Part shown: piece by piece, positions 1-11,577 of the stretch
Numbering within the stretch: the stretch's first letter is position 1
Layout: the number at the start of each line of letters is the position of its first letter
Assembly: GCF_009914755.1 (NCBI RefSeq)
Contig: NC_060932.1
DNA: 64,000 bases
Strand: one strand, 5' to 3'
Origin: the human T2T-CHM13v2.0 reference genome, Homo sapiens
The notes under the pieces: model-generated
What the model was told of the DNA's origin: nothing
Seen by the model: only the letters and a program-made list of their open reading frames with translations
Databases searched by the model: none
Translations under genes and position numbers: made by a program

Positions 1-2210
1 GGGCATCCAAATTAGAAAGGAAAAAGTCAAATTATCCTTGTTTGCAGATGATATGATCTTATCATGAATTATATTTGGAAAAACCTAGACTCCATCAAAA
101 ATATTATTAGAACTGATAAATAAATTCAGTAAAGTTGCAGGGTACATATAAAAAATCAATATATAAGAACTAGTAGCATTTATATATGCCAACAGAGAAC
201 AATCTGAAAAATAAATTGATAAGATACTAGGAATATATTTAACCAAAGAGGTAAAATATCTTTACAATGAAAGTTATACAAATATTGGCTAAAGAAGTTG
301 ATGAGGACACACAAAAAAAGGAAATATATTCTATAGTCATGAATTGGAAGAATTAACTTTGTTAAAATATTCATATTACCCAAAGCAATCTGCAGATGCA
401 ATGCAATCCCTGTCAAAATACCAATGACATTCTTCACAGAAATAAAAAAGGAATGCTAAAATTTATATGGAACTACAAAAGCACAAAAGACCCAGAATAG
501 CAAAAGCTATACTGAGGAAAAAACAAAAAACAAAAAACCACTGGGTTAATTGCATTACCCGACTTCAAATTATTCTACAGAGATATAGTAACCAAAACAG
601 CATGGTAATGGCATCAAAACAGACACAGAGACCAATGAAATAGAATAGAGAACCCAGAAGTAAATCCATACATCTACTGTGAACTCATTTTTGACAGAGA
701 TGGCAAGAATATACATTGGGGAAAGGACAGTCTTTTTAACAAGTAATGCAGGGAAAACTGGATATCCATATATAGATGCATAGCTTGCTAATATTTCATT
801 CTAGTTTCTAAAATAAGCTTGGATTCTTATCCCTTGCCATATGCAAAAATCCAATAAAAATGGATTAAAGACATAAATAATAGACCTCAAGCTATGAAAC
901 TACTTAAAGAAAGCATTGGGGAATCTGTCCAGGTTTTTGATCTGGGCAGGGATTTCTTGATTAATACACTAAAAGCACATATGGCCAAAGCAAAAATAAA
1001 CAAATGGAATAATATCCAGTTAAAAAGTTTATGTACAGTAAAGAGAATAATCAACAAAGTGAAGAGACAACCCACAGAGTAGGAGAAAATATCTGCAAAC
1101 TACCTATGTAACAAGGGATTAATAACCAGACTATATAAGAAGCCCAAACAACTCAATAGAAAAAAAAATTAATTCAATTAAAAAACAGGCAAAACCTGTG
1201 AGGTGACATTTCTTAAAATAAGGCATATAAATGGCAAACAGGTATATGAAAATGTACTCAACATCATTGATCATCAGTGAAATGCAAGTCAAAACCACAG
1301 TGAGATATGATCTTACCCCAGGTAAAGTGGGTTTTATTCAAAAGACAGGCAATAGCAAATGCTGATGAGGATGTGGAGAAAAGGGAGCCTCATCTGGTGT
1401 TGGTGGGAATATAAATTAGTCCAGCCACTATGAAGAGCAGTATGGAGGTTCCTCAAAAAACTAAAAATAGAACTACCATGTGATTCAGCAATCCCACTGC
1501 TAGGTATACAGCCAAAAGAAAGGAAATCCGTATATTGAAGAGGGATCTGCACTCCCATATTTACTGAAGTACTGTTTACAATAGCCAAGATTTGGAAGCA
1601 ACCTGTGTCCATCAGCAAACTAATGAATAAAGAACATGTAGTACATATACACATACATATACACTATTAATATCAATACACACACTATACACTATGCATA
1701 ATATACAAATACACTATTCAGCCATAGAAATGAATGAGATACTGTCATTTGCAACATCATGGATGGAACCAGAGAACATTACATAAAAAAAGTGAAATAG
1801 GCTATAACAGAAAGACAAGCTTTGCATTTTCTCACTCATTTATGGGAACTAAAACCAATTCAACTCATGGAGATAGAGTCACCAGATGCTGGGAAGGGTA
1901 GTGGGAATGGGGGGAAGTTGAGGATGGTTAATGACTACAAAAATGTAATTAGACATAATGAGTTAAGTTCTAGTATTTAATAGAATTACAGGGTGATTAC
2001 AGTCAACAATAGTATATTTAAAGATAACTAAGAGTATAATTTGAACATTTGTAACACAGAGATGTGATAAATGCTTGAGGTGATGGATACCCATTTACCC
2101 TTATGTGATTATCATGCATTGCATGCCTCTTTCAAAATATCTCATGTACCCCATAAATATATACTCATACTATGTACCCATAAAAATTAAATATTTAAAA
2201 TTTAAAAGAA
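1..2210 (+). mobile_element. LINE-1 (L1MA-type) 3' part: decayed ORF2 from the RT domain to the C-terminus, plus 3' UTR; runs off the window start
   Basis: ttgtttgcagatgatatgatc (LFADDMI RT motif) at ~38-58; typical ORF2 C-terminal sequence (gattcagcaatcccactgctaggtata); L1MA-type 3' UTR (atgcttgaggtgatggatacccatttaccc...tatgtacccataaaaattaaa); many stops and frameshifts. Confidence 0.95.
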
Positions 2211-2334
2211 AGCAAACTATGAAAATGTTACTTTAACTCATTTCCTTTTACCAAAATTAAGCAGTCATGAGGGAATATGCTTTGGGTTATACATTATGAG
2301 TATAAAGCTGAATAGAATATTCCTGTCCTGGAAG

Positions 2335-2380
2335 CACACACACACACACACACACACACCCACTACACATACACACATAC
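2335..2380. repeat. (CA)n microsatellite
   Basis: Direct reading of the sequence. Confidence 0.9.
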
Positions 2381-2917
2381 AATTACAAATTTATTATGTA
2401 CAAAAGCATAAAATTACAGTTATCCTTGATATTTAAAACATACATATCAATGCATACAGACCTCCTTTTTACTAAAATAAAAAACTCATTAGGTGCTCTC
2501 TCTCTCTCCCCTCACCACACTCCTCTACCTTTTGAACATGCCAGTAAAAAGAATACTAAAGGATATAGAAAGATTAAATTGTCTCCATATTAAATAATTA
2601 AATGAGAAAGGAGAGACCACAGTAAGACATCTGGGTTTAAGTAAAGTTTTCAATGATAGTTAGAAGCGAGAAAGCATGACATATGCCTCCATTAGGGAAA
2701 CATTGAAGGTGATGGAGAACAGTCGAGTTAAAGTACTTAGCTTATGCTAAGAATTCACACCACTCAGTTGTGATGTCTCAATATATTGAGTAAAGGTTCA
2801 AACTTCTTCAGTTATAATTGTTGTTCCGATGTGGTTTTATTGTATTATCACATAGAGCCTGGGCTATAGAGGGTGACGGTACAAAGACATATAGTACATA
2901 TTATAGTAGAGGTAATG

Positions 2918-3314
2918 TGTATTGGTGTTTTCTGTTGCTTTTAAGAAAAATACCTGAAAATGAATAATTTATAAAGAAAAGAACTTTATTTCTTACAACT
3001 TTGAGGCTGAGAAGTCTAGGTTGAGGGGTCTCAACTTGTGAGAACTTTCTTCTTGGTGGCGACTCTATGAAGTCACAAGGCAGCACAGAGCATCATGTGA
3101 CAGAGGGGATGAGTGTGCTAGTTCAACTCTCTCCTCCCCTTCTTATAAAGCCACCAGTTTTACTCTCATGAAAACCCATTATTCCGTTAATTCATTAATG
3201 AGTGTGGAACCCTTATGATCCAACCACCTCTTAATGGTCCCACCTTACAATACTGCCACTTTGAGGATTATGTTTCCAACACATAAAATTTGGGGACACA
3301 TTAAACCCATAGCA
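2918..3314 (-). mobile_element. MaLR solo LTR (MSTC-like)
   Basis: tgtattgg...aaacccatagca ends; internal cttcttataaagccaccagt and accacctcttaatggtcccacc blocks typical of MST LTRs; near-TSD taatg/ttatg. Confidence 0.85.
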
Positions 3315-3319
3315 TTATG

Positions 3320-4480
3320 TGAAGGTGCTGAAGAAGAGTTTAAGTTCTCCAAAGAATTTCAGGTAAGCGTTCTTAGAAGAGGCAGTGTTTCACTGCTTTT
3401 TGATGAATTAATAAAACTTAGGTTGGCAATGAGAAGGGAGCAGAAGGAGCAAGGAAAGCATTATGGATAAACAGAGAAGCATTAAAGATCGCAAGATCGC
3501 AGCTCATTTGAGAAAAACATGTAATTCAGTGTGGGCAAATAAGGCAAAGCAAGTGGAAAAGTAGAAGAAAATTACTAGTGTTTTTAGTCAGAAACTGGAT
3601 CTGCAAGAGATTCTATATGAAATGAAATATTACTTACAATCTATTTCATTCCTCACAGCTTTGCTTTCAGAAAAAATATTATTCATTACATTTCATTGAA
3701 AATTGATCTAGAAAATTTGAGCTTTTCAAAGAAGCAATTTGATTTAAATCCACAACATCTAAATTTTTTTAAAATCAAAACTACACTTAGCTAGGTGCTG
3801 AAAGCTATCCACAATAAGACACTGGAGGTCTTGCTCTGTGGAAACTACAAATTTGTAATGGATAATGGCAGGTATACTTAGGAATATCACTTTCATTTTG
3901 AATTTTTCATATTATCTGAATGTTAGCAATAAATAAAAAGGGAAAATTACTTTAATGATGAAGTAGATCTATAGATGTGTTTTGAGAGAGAAAGAAAGTT
4001 TAGTTTAAGCGGGGTTTTCAGAGATAATGAAATATATAAATTGGTTTTCTGAATAAAGGAACTGAGAAAAGAATTAAAGGTGAGAGAATATAGACTAGAA
4101 CAGTAAGTAATAAGTAGCTGTACCACTTGGCTAAAGTGTGACTGGAAAGTAGATTTGAAAATGTAAATGAGGACCAATTCATGACACATTTGAAGATTTG
4201 AATTCCAGGCAAGTTTGAATGACTACCAGGACACTGAGGTGATCAAGACAAATTGAAAATATGGAAAGAACAAATTTTAAATAAAAAAAGATGATGTTTG
4301 TGATTCTGAAGATATTGAGTTTGAAGTGATAGCAGGGCATTTGCAGGAATATTTGAGTTAGTAATTTGTTAAGAGATGTGGACATTGATTTCGGGGAAAT
4401 GCCAGCTCTAGGATTGGATTGAAAAAAAATAGCCCATGAAATGAATACATATAACTGACTCACTCCTTCCCTACTGAAAG
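3320..4480 (-). mobile_element. Highly decayed L2 fragments
   Basis: Purine-rich L2-like phrases (ttgagtttgaagtgatagcagggcat, gatgtggacattgatttcggg); boundaries approximate. Confidence 0.4.
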
Positions 4481-6074
4481 TCTCATTGCAGAAGAAAATA
4501 AACAACTTTGATCACACGTCCTTGGAAAAGTACTAATGGTAGTACTAATGAAAAGTTAACTGAGGTATTTTTTTAAAAAAATGCTCTTTAGCAGTATATG
4601 TTTGATTTGCCTATTATTAATAAAGATCTGGATTAGTGGGGCTTGGATGCGTGATTAAAAGGAGCTTGTTGTTTAGGAATTTTCTGTATAAGAGCATAAA
4701 ACTAAGGAGCTCAAAACTGGGACAACTTTTTTGAGAATAATATATCTGCACACATTTTTCAGGATCTTCAGTTATTTTTAAATCAATTTGGAAACTGAGG
4801 AAACTGTCTGACAGATATGAATTTCTACAGAAACAAGAGTTTCACCTAGATTTTTACATTACTAATGTAGGTTGGTGCTAGGTAAGGTCTGATTTATGTT
4901 GCAATCCAAACCCTTTTGGTAAAACAATGACATATTTTGATGACAGGAGTTTCATTGAATAGGAGGAGAAGTGATGAAGATATGAAAGTGCTGATGAGGT
5001 GGGAGAAGACACAAGAATAGTAAAGGTTGCAGAAACAAAAAAATCAGAATTAAAATCAATTATTGTCAAAAGTGCCAAATTCTGAAATAATTTCTAAGGA
5101 AGACAACAGAGAAAATGTCCATTTATGATGATATAATGAATTTATTTGTAATAGTTCCAACTAGCCATCAAGATATTGAGAAAGCATTAGTAATAAAAAT
5201 ATAGATTCATTCTGAAAATACTTGAAGATGAAACTAGTGAAATGATCATAAGCTAGTATATATGGTGGAGGTTAAACATGGTAAAGATATTTTATATGCT
5301 AATAATGTCAATTAACACATATTATTTGTCAGCCAACATGTTTTAATTGAATTGTTTCATTACATTGCTTTCACCAACTTTATATGGTTACTACTGTTAT
5401 TTAATCCATTTTCACACATGAAAGAATTGGATTTCAAAAATTATTTAACTCCCAAGAATACAAACATAGCATATTTTAAAGCTAAATTAGAAACCCAGAC
5501 ATTCTTCTACAAAGTCCTGAGAAAAGCCTAATGCTGCACAAACAGGGCATCATTAAAATTGTGGTTCATGTGGTTTGGACTTAATAGAAGACCAGGTTAA
5601 TTCAGAGGACAGCCTATAAACTAGAAAACAGGGAAATAAAGCAAGCACACCCTGTTGCATAGGAGTTAGGAAGTGAGAAAAATACAAGTATATGTGGCTT
5701 TGCTCAGAAAGGAAATTTCACAATGAAAGTCCTAGAATATCTTGAAAATTTTGAGCAATGACTAGGCTTGTCTCAGTTATTAAGGAAGGATCACTGCAAA
5801 TTCATAAATATTGCTTTGAATTGTTCAAATACTGCAGACCCTTGAGAAGTGCATCCACCAAACAAGGCTGACTGTAATGACAAGTGAGTGGGCAGAAACC
5901 ATAATGCAATTAATTTACAGATTGTGTAAAAGGAACATAAACACCATGTTAAAATGGGTTTATCAGTTGACTTCGGTATAGGTATAGATTTTGAAAATGT
6001 TGTCAGCACAACTGAATTAAAAGTCACACAAAAGAAAAACTCATATGTGTTTGATTGATATTTAAAAGTAAATC

Positions 6075-6250
6075 AGGTACTGGGCTCTTTTGTCTCTGCT
6101 GTGTCTCTAAGTTGCCGTGACCTTGGTCAGGGTAATTGATCTCTTGCAGTATTTTCATTCCCTGTGTATTAAATTGGGATAAAAATAAAACCTACCACCA
6201 AAGTTCTTATGCATATTAAAAGAAATATATACAACTTTTAGTGCATTGAC
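6075..6250 (+). mobile_element. MIR
   Basis: Core gtgaccttggtcagggtaattgatctct...aaattgggataaaaataaaacctacc. Confidence 0.7.
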
Positions 6251-7358
6251 TCATATTATATTTAATCTATATTAGTATTTATATTAATATTAACATTTTT
6301 ATTAATTTACTAGCTAACGAATACTAGTTACTAACTTGTATTAATATTTTAATATACATTTTATGTCTGTGTTCTTAGTTAACTCTTGTAGTGATTTTCA
6401 GTAAGACCATTATTCTCAAAAAGCTATTATATACTATACCCCTGAAAACAAAGCAAAAAATATACTTAATATAATTTTATCCTATTATGTTAGATGTTGC
6501 TACAGTATCCACACCTTTACCCTTTACTTTTCTTAGGGAGCTATTACCTTGTCAGGAGCCGTTAAGATGTCAATACACCTGCATTAACCTTGTTTTGACT
6601 CTTTTAAATAAGGTAGATACTAGTATTAACTGCTCAACAATTGAAATGACTTTATTTTTTTAATGCAGTTGTTTGTTTAAAAATGTACGACAAGTAAAGG
6701 AAATCAATTTGAAAGGCTGAGAACAGAATGTTAAAATATTACCTTCACATTGAGGCAAATTTAACAAGAGTGCATTTATTTATTGTGCCTGGAATTCTCT
6801 ATATAATTGCGTTGTATTTCCTGACTGCTATTTGTGTATGAATAAAAGTCTCGCTCTCGCTATGCAGTGCCTCCTCTCTCCTATTAGACCTTGGGTTTGA
6901 GTTATAATGGTAGATTAAGTTTTAACTGCAGACATAAAGCTGCCTCCCTATCTGAAAGTGTAGCTTTATGCACCCACAGTTTCACTATGCAGCTTTCAGT
7001 ATCCCTTTATGCTCCAATTTCCTTTTTTTCTAGAATTCTCCAGGTGCTTGAATGTGATTGTTTGTATGAGGTATATTTGGTCAGTGAAACATGTAATGCA
7101 TTTATAAATTACATAGTCAAGATTTTGCACAGAAGAATTCTAGGCTTTATAGTACTTTTAAAAATCATACTCTTTGTTACAACATAAGATCAGGACTAAA
7201 CTACAAAATAAAAAAAAATAGCACTAAACCTAGTTGAAAACCATGGATCATTGTATTTCGTTCTCTTTGTAACTTGCCTCCAATAAGAGTAGCTAACCTT
7301 AAGTTTGACTTCCTGTGTTTTTTGTGCCATTGGGAAAACATATAAATTCATTTAGGGA

Positions 7359-7540
7359 TTTTTTTTAAATTTATTATTATTATACTTTAAGTTTTAGGGT
7401 ACATGTGCACAATGTGCAGGTTAGTTACATACGTATACATGTGCCATGCTGGTGCCCTGCACCCACTAACTCATCATCTAGCATTAGGTATATCTCCCAA
7501 TGCTATCCCTCCCCCTTCCCCCAACTCCACAACAGTCCCC
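7359..7540 (-). mobile_element. Severely 5'-truncated young L1PA (L1PA2/3-like) 3' end, ~180 bp
   Basis: ttatactttaagttttagggtacatgtgcacaatgtgcaggttagttac...cacccactaactcatcatctagcattagg; approximate TSD tagggattttt / tagggaattttt. Confidence 0.92.
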
Positions 7541-7594
7541 ATAGGGAATTTTTATGGTGGCTGGGTGGAGGGTGAAATAACATGCAAAGTTTTA

Positions 7595-7770
7595 GGTTGT
7601 TCATTTAATTCTTACAACAACCCAATAAGGTAAGTACTAATAATATCACCCCATTTATAAACGAGAAAAGTGATGTTCAACAAGTTTAAGGAACTTGATA
7701 AAAGATACTCATCTAGGAAGTGGCAATCTAGACACAAACTCAAGTGATGACGCTCTAAAGTTCACACACT
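7595..7770 (-). mobile_element. MIR
   Basis: tcatttaattcttacaacaaccc...ccccatttataaacgagaaaagtga...aagtttaaggaacttg. Confidence 0.7.
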
Positions 7771-9006
7771 GTGACCAATAGGTGCAATGCTACATTTACA
7801 GAAGTAATGATGATATCTATGACATTTCAGAGCCTACTATGAGCCGACCACCATTATTATATTCTTACTTAATCTTTACAACCAATCCAAGAGTGATCTC
7901 TCTTCTACATAAAGATCCCCGGAGAGGTTAACTAACGCCGTCTTTACAAACAGGCAGAACTCCTAAGTCTGTCTCAATATTTTTTAACTTCAAAGACAGT
8001 AGTCTATTTATGTCTTTTGTAATGAGTGAAAAACCCTTGGATATGCATATACCTGGCAGTTCAAGGAGACTTCTTTGAGAGTTGTGATCTAAAGAAGGAA
8101 AGAAGGCATAAATATAAAAATCACAGGAGAGTGTTTTCAGTTATATCTGGCTTTTCTAGTTCTGTTGAATTTTTTTAATTGAAAATGGCTTTTTTGCCTG
8201 TTACACTTAGTGCACAGAAATACCTTTCCTTGTTTGCTAAGCATGGCTGGGTCAAAAGGAAGTTCTTGAAAATATATTGATTTTATGTTAAGCCATCTCA
8301 GATAAATTGACAGTGAGTTTGAGAAAGGATTCTCTTTGTTTCAGAGTTCTAAAAAGTTTGTTGTTTTATCTGGGAGAGTGTATGAAGTGATTAGAGAGTA
8401 AAATGTGCAATAAGAAACAAAACTATATTTAATGCAAACAATCACAGTGATGTGAGTAGAAAGGTCTGTAATATAGGCCCTGCTGTAACCTCTGAACACC
8501 TGTGGGAATAGAGGGAGCACTCTACCTCTCTGAACCTCAGTTTCTTCATGTATAACCTGTGGTAATAAAATGCTGGTCTCAGAGGTAACTGTCAGCTTTA
8601 GTAATATGTGAAATCATAGAATCTGGTGGAACAAAGGATATTATTTTTAGGAGAAAATATTTAATATGGTATTAGATATAAGAACCATTTAAATGGGTAT
8701 ATTTGTCAAATGTTGCCAGCAAAATTTCTTCAACTGATGCTGTTTGCCAAGAACCAAAGGTGCAAAGTGATTTGTGCTAAGCAAAAAAAGAAGATACAAA
8801 TGCAAATCTTTAACTTGGGTGCATTTATCTGGAAAATAAATTCTCTGTCAGCCAATAAGAAGACTTCAGCCTATAAAACACATTGAAATAAATGACATAT
8901 ATAATAGCAGATGCAGCCCTATAACCTTTCTAAGGCATATTTTCAATATTTACTCTCCAACAGCCACAGCTTCTATGATTTTATATTTTATCTTCACAAG
9001 CATATG

Positions 9007-9854
9007 CAGTCAGTTCTGCTATAATGCTTGTTTTAAAACAATTTACTCCATGCAATTGATATATTAGTCAACAATTTAAATATAATGAAAATTTCATGTT
9101 TGCTTAGGCATGATTTGTTTCTGATAAACCCTAGTTGAATGCAGATAACTACATCCAGCTGAATTGAGCTGTGTAGGAATACACAAAAGACACACATGCA
9201 TAGGCCTCAAACATCTGCCACCTACCTCAGTCTTGGTTCATGTTGCTTGTTATTCAACTAAGGTGTGTTTTGCAATTCTTTTTCATTCGTGAGAGATTAT
9301 GTATGTTTATACACATATATATAAAATACATATGTATATACTTGCACACAAACACACACATATATGATTTAACACTAAATAGGTATAACACTTCCAATCC
9401 CAGAACACCAAGCCGTGAATGAAAAAAGGAAATCTAGACAGTAAGAAAGAGATTGGAATAATAAAGTATTTTGGGAGAAACTACATTATATGTGGTATCT
9501 CCAGCTGTAGGTATAAAGAAATCGGCATCGTAGAACATCAGACAATGACACAAAAATAAAAGAACAACTTCAAATGCTGCGAAGCCATAAGAACACGATC
9601 TAAAGAAATAGTAAAAGGGAGACCATTTTGAGCCTAAGGATGGACGAATTGTAAAAATTTTGGAAGCACCATTTTCACAATTAAAAAAAAAAGCATTATG
9701 TATATATGAAGACTTTAAATTGCTATGCCTACATTGTAGAAGGGTCTCATTTGAGTGGTGGAAGTGACTGGTTTAGTGATTTCAAACATTGCTATAATCT
9801 CCTACGTATTTAGCTTTTGGGTCAAGCCATTAGTGCATAGGAGAAATTTGAGGG

Positions 9855-9890
<36 letters not shown>

Positions 9891-10445
9891 CCCAGGCATT
9901 CTACAGAAATTATTTGAAGAAGACTACACATTTGATCGACTTTTCAATTTTGATGAAATAGGCATCACTCAGAGATGCATGACTCAAGAGATTACATCCC
10001 GAAAGAATAAAATCATGCCTCAGTGTCAAAAATAAAAACTATTTGCTGCAATTGTAATGTTTGGTACTAATGCAAAGGACAATTAACCATTCCCATCCGC
10101 ATGTGTTGGATGTGTTGAAATTTCACATCCAACTTTAAGTAATGCTCCTTCCAACATTTCAGAAAAATGAGCCACCTAACATCAGCACTTCCTGTAGCAA
10201 GTGTCAGGTCTTTTCCAAGGCATTCTAATATATTTATGTACTACTTTTGCATTTCTTAACTACTTAACATAAATAAAATTTGCTGTAATTTTTATTAGGA
10301 TTCTACCTTTTAAAAAGTATGTCACTGAGAAAATTTTTGTGTTGTTTCTCCATATTTCCATAATCCTTGTGATTTTTATTATGCAATATTGTGTAGCAAA
10401 AGAATTGTTTAAAATGCACATGTCACGTTATAGCAGAACTGACTA
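9007..10445 (+). mobile_element. Tigger13-type DNA transposon (TcMar-Tigger) with both TIRs and a partial transposase
   Basis: TIRs cagtcagttctgctataa (9007) and ttatagcagaactgact (10428-10444); left ~240 bp and right ~350 bp resemble Tigger13a as I recall it. Confidence 0.85.
9420..10080 (+). pseudogene. Decayed pogo/Tigger-family transposase N-terminal half (HTH-psq, CENP-B-type HTH, start of DDE domain)
   Basis: Hand-translated fragments in colinear order: ETILSLRMDEL, KKKALCIYEDFK, SDWFSDFKHCYNL..I*LLGQAISA, FPGILQKLFEEDYTFDRLFNFDEIG (9889-9963; matches the Tigger QxFNxDETG motif), IVMFGTNAK; frameshifts and stops throughout. Confidence 0.8.
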
Positions 10446-10880
10446 CCTATTCAGCCAAGGGAAAATGGCTTAGCTGCTTTTCTGTTTTCTTCTTTCCATT
10501 CTCCCTCTTTTTCTTCATCTTCTTGCTTAATTATAAAGTTAATGTGTTTATTTAAACACTATTTTTTAAATAATGAAGAATTGTATAAAATTTTTTAAAA
10601 GTAAAAGAACTCCACAACCACAACCACTCTACCACTTAGCTTTTCTCAGATCTTTGCATTGTTATCAACAAACAAATCAAAGTGTATATATAGATTGTTA
10701 ATCCAGGTTCAACTCCCTTGTTCATGGGGAGACAATAGCAGTTATAAGCAACTGAAAAATAGAGTAGCATATCCATTTACTTCATTTACTGTGTAAATAA
10801 TTAGTCTAGATCCATAGATAATTGATTCAACTATATCACACCTAGATAAATGAAGAGGATGTCTATAGCATTGTTGAAAC

Positions 10881-11071
10881 CAGTGGTTTTGATAGTGTAG
10901 TCTTGGGTTGGCAGCATTACCACCTAAAAATTTGATAGAAATACACTTTCTCTGACCCCACCCCCAGTTTACTAATTGAAACACTCTGGGAGTGGGGCCC
11001 AGCAATGTGTGTTTTAGCAAGCTTCCCAGGTACTTCTGATACATGTGCATGCACATATGTGAGAACCACTG
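10881..11071. mobile_element. MER5A (hAT-Charlie MITE)
   Basis: cagtggtttt...gagaaccactg TIRs; internal actctgggagtggggcccagcaatgtgtgttttagcaagc; degenerate 8-bp TSD gttgaaac/gaataaac. Confidence 0.88.
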
Positions 11072-11094
11072 GAATAAACCTTCTCCAAATTAAC

Positions 11095-11295
11095 TAACAA
11101 TAGAGATTCTGAGATCAGATTGCCTGAGATCCAAAATGTAGGTTCTGGTACTTTCAGGGAGCCATATAACTTTGTTCATTACTTTAAATGCCATATTTCT
11201 CTTTCCTCAATTGTTTTGCGGATTACATTAAAAAACTGATACCAATAGAATACTTAGAAAAATGGCTGGAACATAGTAAGTACTCAACAAATGAA
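11095..11295 (+). mobile_element. MIR
   Basis: ttctgagatcagattgcctgaga...cttagaaaaatggctggaacatagtaagtactcaacaaatg. Confidence 0.6.
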
Positions 11296-11474
11296 ACATT
11301 TTAACTTCATTCTAAGCAGCTCGTCTTGTGAGTACATAGTAAGTCAAATGAAGAAACGCTCATTTTCCTTACTCTTAATCATAGTTAGTAGCATTGAGTC
11401 AACCTATGCTTTTGCATAATGAAAGCATACTGGAATTGAGAACATGAATAAAATGTGAAAAATTCTTACCACAT

Positions 11475-11577
11475 TTCATGGGTTAAGTTCTCTGGGAAGG
11501 AGACTGGGATGGACTCTGAGATTGTGGAAAGGAGAAGTAGGAAGCAGGGTCTGGCAGTGGGAGTAGTTGAGTTTCTG
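11475..11577 (-). mobile_element. ERVL LTR (LTR16-like), left part, interrupted by L1
   Basis: gggttaagttctctgggaaggagac...gaagtaggaagcagggtctggcagtgggagtagttgag; continues at 15566. Confidence 0.5.

Noticed and set aside
3484-4550. Short tandem duplications (aagatcgc x2 at ~3485, agtactaatg x2 at ~4528; similar ones at ~39087 and ~46434)
   Set aside because: Ordinary slippage products of 8-14 bp, expected at this density.
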